A DNA stretch of 64,000 bases from Solirubrobacteraceae bacterium (GTDB lineage Bacteria; Actinomycetota; Thermoleophilia; Solirubrobacterales; Solirubrobacteraceae), in the NCBI GenBank assembly GCA_034664295.1, contig JAXDHV010000014.1:1-64000 (forward strand), given 5' to 3'. Position 1 is the stretch's first letter, and every line of letters starts with the position of its first letter. The notes below the pieces were generated by a model. It was not told where the DNA came from. It ran no database searches and saw nothing but the letters and a program-made list of their open reading frames with translations. The translations under genes were made by a program, and so were the position numbers. Positions 61,234 to 64,000 of this stretch are shown here, piece after piece.

Positions 61234-62499
61234 ATGGAGGACTCTAAAGACCGCGCGCTCGGCGCCGGCAAGTTTGTAAGGACGTTGCCGCGATACATGG
61301 CCCGCAGCGGCATGGTCGGGGCAGCGACGATCATCGGTGGACTCGTCATCGGGGCCGCCCCAGCCGGGGCGTTCACGAGTTCGCCACTCTGGACCTGTCG
61401 CGGCAGCGCCCTGTCGGCTTCGGTCAGCGGCCAGAACCGGGTCGAGCCGGTCGTCGCCAACGGCAACCCGAACACGGCGAACGGGGCGAGCCCGAACTAC
61501 GCGCAGTGCGTCAACTCGGATGTCGGCGAGAACAACCTGGCCACGCCGGTCGGTTTGCCCGCCAACTTCGTCTCGGCGCCGACGGCGTTTGCGAACACGA
61601 CGATCACTCCGGAGATCGCGCCGTCGATCAAGCAGACCTTCGTCGTCAAGGCCGGCGTCGAGAACCTCGCCCTCAACCTGGGCGGCGCGACGACGATCCT
61701 CGGGGTCACCGCGGCGAACGCCACGGTCACGGGTACCTGCAAGAACGGAACGCCGACCCTGACTGGGTCAAGCAACGCAGCCGGGCTGACGCTCGGCGGA
61801 TCGCCAATCAACCTCGACCCGCTGCTGACGGCGGTCTCCCAGCTGCTCCAGCCGCTGCAGGAGCTGATCAGCATCAAGGTCAACGAGCAGGTCCGCACGG
61901 CGACCGGCCTCACGGTCAACGCCCTGCACATCACGATCCTCAACGCGAACACCAACAAGCCGGTCGTCGACACGATCGTCGGCCAGGCGGTCGGCGGGTT
62001 CGATCCTGACGTCTGCAACCCGAACAAGCAGTTCACGATCCCGCCGGGCATCAACGGTACGGGCGGGAGCAGCAACAGCTCCAACAGCGGTGTCGGCCTC
62101 TCCAACCAGGCCTTCAACGGCAACATCGGCAGCGCCAACGGGCCGAAGGCGACCTGTGGCCGCCTGACGATGTACTTCGTCGCCAACCACACGAAGTCGT
62201 TGACCGACGTCTACGGCACCCGCCAGGTGACCCGCGGCCGGATCATCAGCTGTGGGACGCATCCGCAGGGGATCGTCGGAGCCAGGATCGACGTGATCCA
62301 CGTCATTCACGGGACGCGCCACCTGGTCAAGACGGGTCTGCGCTCGCGGGGCAAGGGCCTCCTGACGTTGATCCTCCCGCTGAACCTGACGTCGCGGAAC
62401 ATCGAGTACGACTACCGCGGACGGCTGAACTCGACCCACGTGACGTCGAAGCAGACGCTGAGCCTCACCGTGAAGACGCGGGGCGGCACGAAGATCTAG
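61234..62499 (+). CDS. secreted hypothetical protein, lower GC than its surroundings
   Basis: Signal peptide ARSGMVGAATIIGGLVIGAAPAGA. Asn/Thr/Gly-rich, with no family recognised. Lies downstream of the tRNA and is followed by a textbook terminator. Confidence 0.6.
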   Translation: MEDSKDRALGAGKFVRTLPRYMARSGMVGAATIIGGLVIGAAPAGAFTSSPLWTCRGSALSASVSGQNRVEPVVANGNPNTANGASPNYAQCVNSDVGENNLATPVGLPANFVSAPTAFANTTITPEIAPSIKQTFVVKAGVENLALNLGGATTILGVTAANATVTGTCKNGTPTLTGSSNAAGLTLGGSPINLDPLLTAVSQLLQPLQELISIKVNEQVRTATGLTVNALHITILNANTNKPVVDTIVGQAVGGFDPDVCNPNKQFTIPPGINGTGGSSNSSNSGVGLSNQAFNGNIGSANGPKATCGRLTMYFVANHTKSLTDVYGTRQVTRGRIISCGTHPQGIVGARIDVIHVIHGTRHLVKTGLRSRGKGLLTLILPLNLTSRNIEYDYRGRLNSTHVTSKQTLSLTVKTRGGTKI

Positions 62500-62542
62500 C
62501 AACCGCCGGGGCGCGTCGGTACGCGCGTCGCACGACTCACGA

Positions 62543-62578
62543 GAAGGCCCCGCTCCGGCGGGGCCTTCTTCCTTTGTG
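62543..62578 (+). terminator. Rho-independent terminator
   Basis: GAAGGCCCCGC tccg GCGGGGCCTTC stem-loop followed by TTCCTTTGTG, 44 nt after the stop at 62499. Confidence 0.65.
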
Positions 62579-62639
62579 GGGGTCGGCGGACCGAGCAGGG
62601 CGGACCGACCTCGGTGAGCGCGTGTGGTTGGATAGCCGG

Positions 62640-63674
62640 GTGAAGCTCGGCGTCCACATCGGCTACTGGGGCCTCGGTCTGAGCGGCGCCGACCAGCTGG
62701 AGATCGTGCTCGAGGCCGAGCGGCTCGGCTACGACTCGGTGTGGTGCTCAGAGGCCTACGGGTCGGACGCGGCGACGGTGCTCGCGTGGCTGGCTGCCCA
62801 GACGACGACGATCAGGCTGGGGTCGGCGATCTTCCAGATGCCGGGTCGCAGCCCGGCGATGACGGCGATGACGGCCGCGACGATCGACCAGCTCTCGGGC
62901 GGTCGGATGCTGTTGGGAATCGGCTCGTCAGGGCCGCAGGTTGCCGAGGGCTGGCACGGCCAGCGGTTCGCACGGCAGCTCCAGCGGACTCGGGAGTACG
63001 TCGCCGTCGTGCGGATGGCCCTGGATCGGGAGCGGGTGCAGTTCGCCGGGGAGACGCTCGAGCTGCCGCTGCCGGACGGGCCGGGAAAGGCCTTGAAGCT
63101 GACGATCTCCCCCGTCCAGGAGCGGATTCCGATCTATCTGGCGGCGATCGGCCCGAAGAACACGTCGCTCGCCGGGGAGATCGCCGACGGGTGGATTCCG
63201 ATGCTGGTCTCCCCGGAGCACCTCGACGAATCGCGGGGGCTGCTCGAGGAGGGGGCGGCCCGGAGCGGGCGGTCGCTCGCGGGCTTCGACATCGCCCCGA
63301 GCGTGAACCTCCTGATCTCAGACGATGTCGTCGCCGCCCGGGATGCCGTCCGCCCGCTGATCGCCCTCTATGTCGGGGGAATGGGGTCGGCCAGGGAGAA
63401 CTTCTACAACCGCCTGGTCTCCGGGTACGGTTTCGCCGACGCCGCCAGGGAGATCCAGGCGCTCTACCTCGGCGGGGACAGGGCGGCGGCGGTCGCGGCG
63501 GTGCCCGACGGGTTGATCGACGCGGTCTCGCTCTGCGGGTCGGCCGATCGGGTCCGCGACCGGGTCGACGCCTACCGGAAGGCCGGGGTCGGGACCCTCG
63601 GGGTCGCTCCCCTGGCCTGGAGCGCCGAGGCCCGGATCGACCAACTTCGCCTGCTGGCCGAGCTTGCCGGCTGA
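62640..63674 (+). CDS. LLM-class (luciferase-like) F420-dependent oxidoreductase
   Basis: KLGVHIGYWGLG N-terminus and TIM-barrel LLM blocks. GTG start chosen at the conserved N-terminus. Confidence 0.8.
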   Translation: MKLGVHIGYWGLGLSGADQLEIVLEAERLGYDSVWCSEAYGSDAATVLAWLAAQTTTIRLGSAIFQMPGRSPAMTAMTAATIDQLSGGRMLLGIGSSGPQVAEGWHGQRFARQLQRTREYVAVVRMALDRERVQFAGETLELPLPDGPGKALKLTISPVQERIPIYLAAIGPKNTSLAGEIADGWIPMLVSPEHLDESRGLLEEGAARSGRSLAGFDIAPSVNLLISDDVVAARDAVRPLIALYVGGMGSARENFYNRLVSGYGFADAAREIQALYLGGDRAAAVAAVPDGLIDAVSLCGSADRVRDRVDAYRKAGVGTLGVAPLAWSAEARIDQLRLLAELAG

Positions 63675-64000
63675 GCCGCCGGGCCGCCGGCTGCGCCTGC
63701 TGCTCGGGGCGTTCGGTGACCCGGGCCACGCGTTCCCGATCATCGCGCTCGGTCGAGCCCTCCGGGCGCGCGGACACGACGTCACGATCCAGACGTGGGG
63801 CCGGTGGCAGGCGGAGGTCGAGCGTGAGGGGATCGGCTTCTCGCCGGCCCCCGAGTACGAAGTCTTCCCGACGCTCGAGCGTCCGCTGCGGCCCTACGAG
63901 GCGGTCGTCCGGGCAGCCCGGGAGGCGGGGCCGCTGATCGGCGGCCTGCGGCCGGACGCGATCATCGCCGACATCCTCACCCTGGCCCCTGCCCTGGCCG
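63664..64000 (+). CDS. MGT-family (GT1) glycosyltransferase, 5' partial at window end
   Basis: RLRLLLGAFGDPGHAFPIIALGRALRARGHDV is the N-terminal GT-B motif of macrolide/UDP-glycosyltransferases. The TTG start overlaps the upstream stop. Confidence 0.6.
   Translation, partial: MPAEPPGRRLRLLLGAFGDPGHAFPIIALGRALRARGHDVTIQTWGRWQAEVEREGIGFSPAPEYEVFPTLERPLRPYEAVVRAAREAGPLIGGLRPDAIIADILTLAPALA

Overview
This is a 64-kb window of very GC-rich (about 70%) chromosomal DNA from an actinobacterium whose taxon cannot be determined from sequence alone. It is densely coded on both strands, and many long shadow ORFs in the six-frame track are artefacts of the GC content; genes were called from recognisable protein families, start/stop coupling and signal peptides. 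From start to end the window contains:

- **1–2.8 kb:** a frameshifted IS110-family transposase at the left edge, then a flotillin/SPFH gene that lacks its usual N-terminal membrane anchor.
- **2.8–4.4 kb:** an apparent rearrangement scar, where two halves of a purple-acid-phosphatase-like metallophosphoesterase gene flank a truncated ECF sigma-factor fragment.
- **4.5–34.4 kb (dispersed):** a glycan-biosynthesis region. It holds two paralogous about 660-aa GT-C-like polytopic membrane proteins, two GT4 and three GT2 glycosyltransferases, an acyltransferase_3 protein, a Wzx flippase and a secreted SGNH hydrolase. It also holds three paralogous CmoB/DUF1698-like SAM-dependent methyltransferases, an R2-like di-metal oxidase fused to an SCP2 lipid-binding domain, and phosphomannomutase.
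- **12–20 kb (interspersed in that region):** a vapBC toxin-antitoxin pair, two PNPOx-fold proteins, a glutamine-synthetase-like gene translationally coupled to an atypical OmpR-type regulator, and a peptidoglycan-hydrolase cassette. The cassette comprises a GH24 lysozyme, an M15 peptidase and a holin-like protein; the two hydrolases share a novel C-terminal domain.
- **35.6–40.9 kb:** a bacterial nitric-oxide synthase oxygenase gene placed beside two paralogous ATP-grasp ligases and an MFS transporter, all behind a consensus promoter. This is a candidate uncharacterised small-molecule pathway.
- **40.9–64 kb (second half):**
  - housekeeping genes: znuCB-like ABC transporter, rpiB, pdxST, a DHA2-family MFS exporter with a MarR regulator and a DUF1707 protein, an SDR oxidoreductase and an F420-dependent LLM oxidoreductase;
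  - a zf-HC2 membrane protein, a lipoprotein, an S53 secreted peptidase and an FAD-oxidoreductase/DUF1365/CFA-synthase cassette;
  - a secreted protein that combines a collagen-like Gly-X-Y triple-helix region with a C-terminal Hcp-like domain;
  - two Fur-family regulators flanking a VIT-family metal transporter, a tRNA-Met, a lower-GC secreted protein gene with a clean intrinsic terminator, and the start of an MGT-type glycosyltransferase.

Several short tandem repeats sit at gene boundaries (15, 23, 30, 34 and 38 bp units, plus a hexanucleotide microsatellite inside the NOS gene), and candidate operator palindromes are noted.
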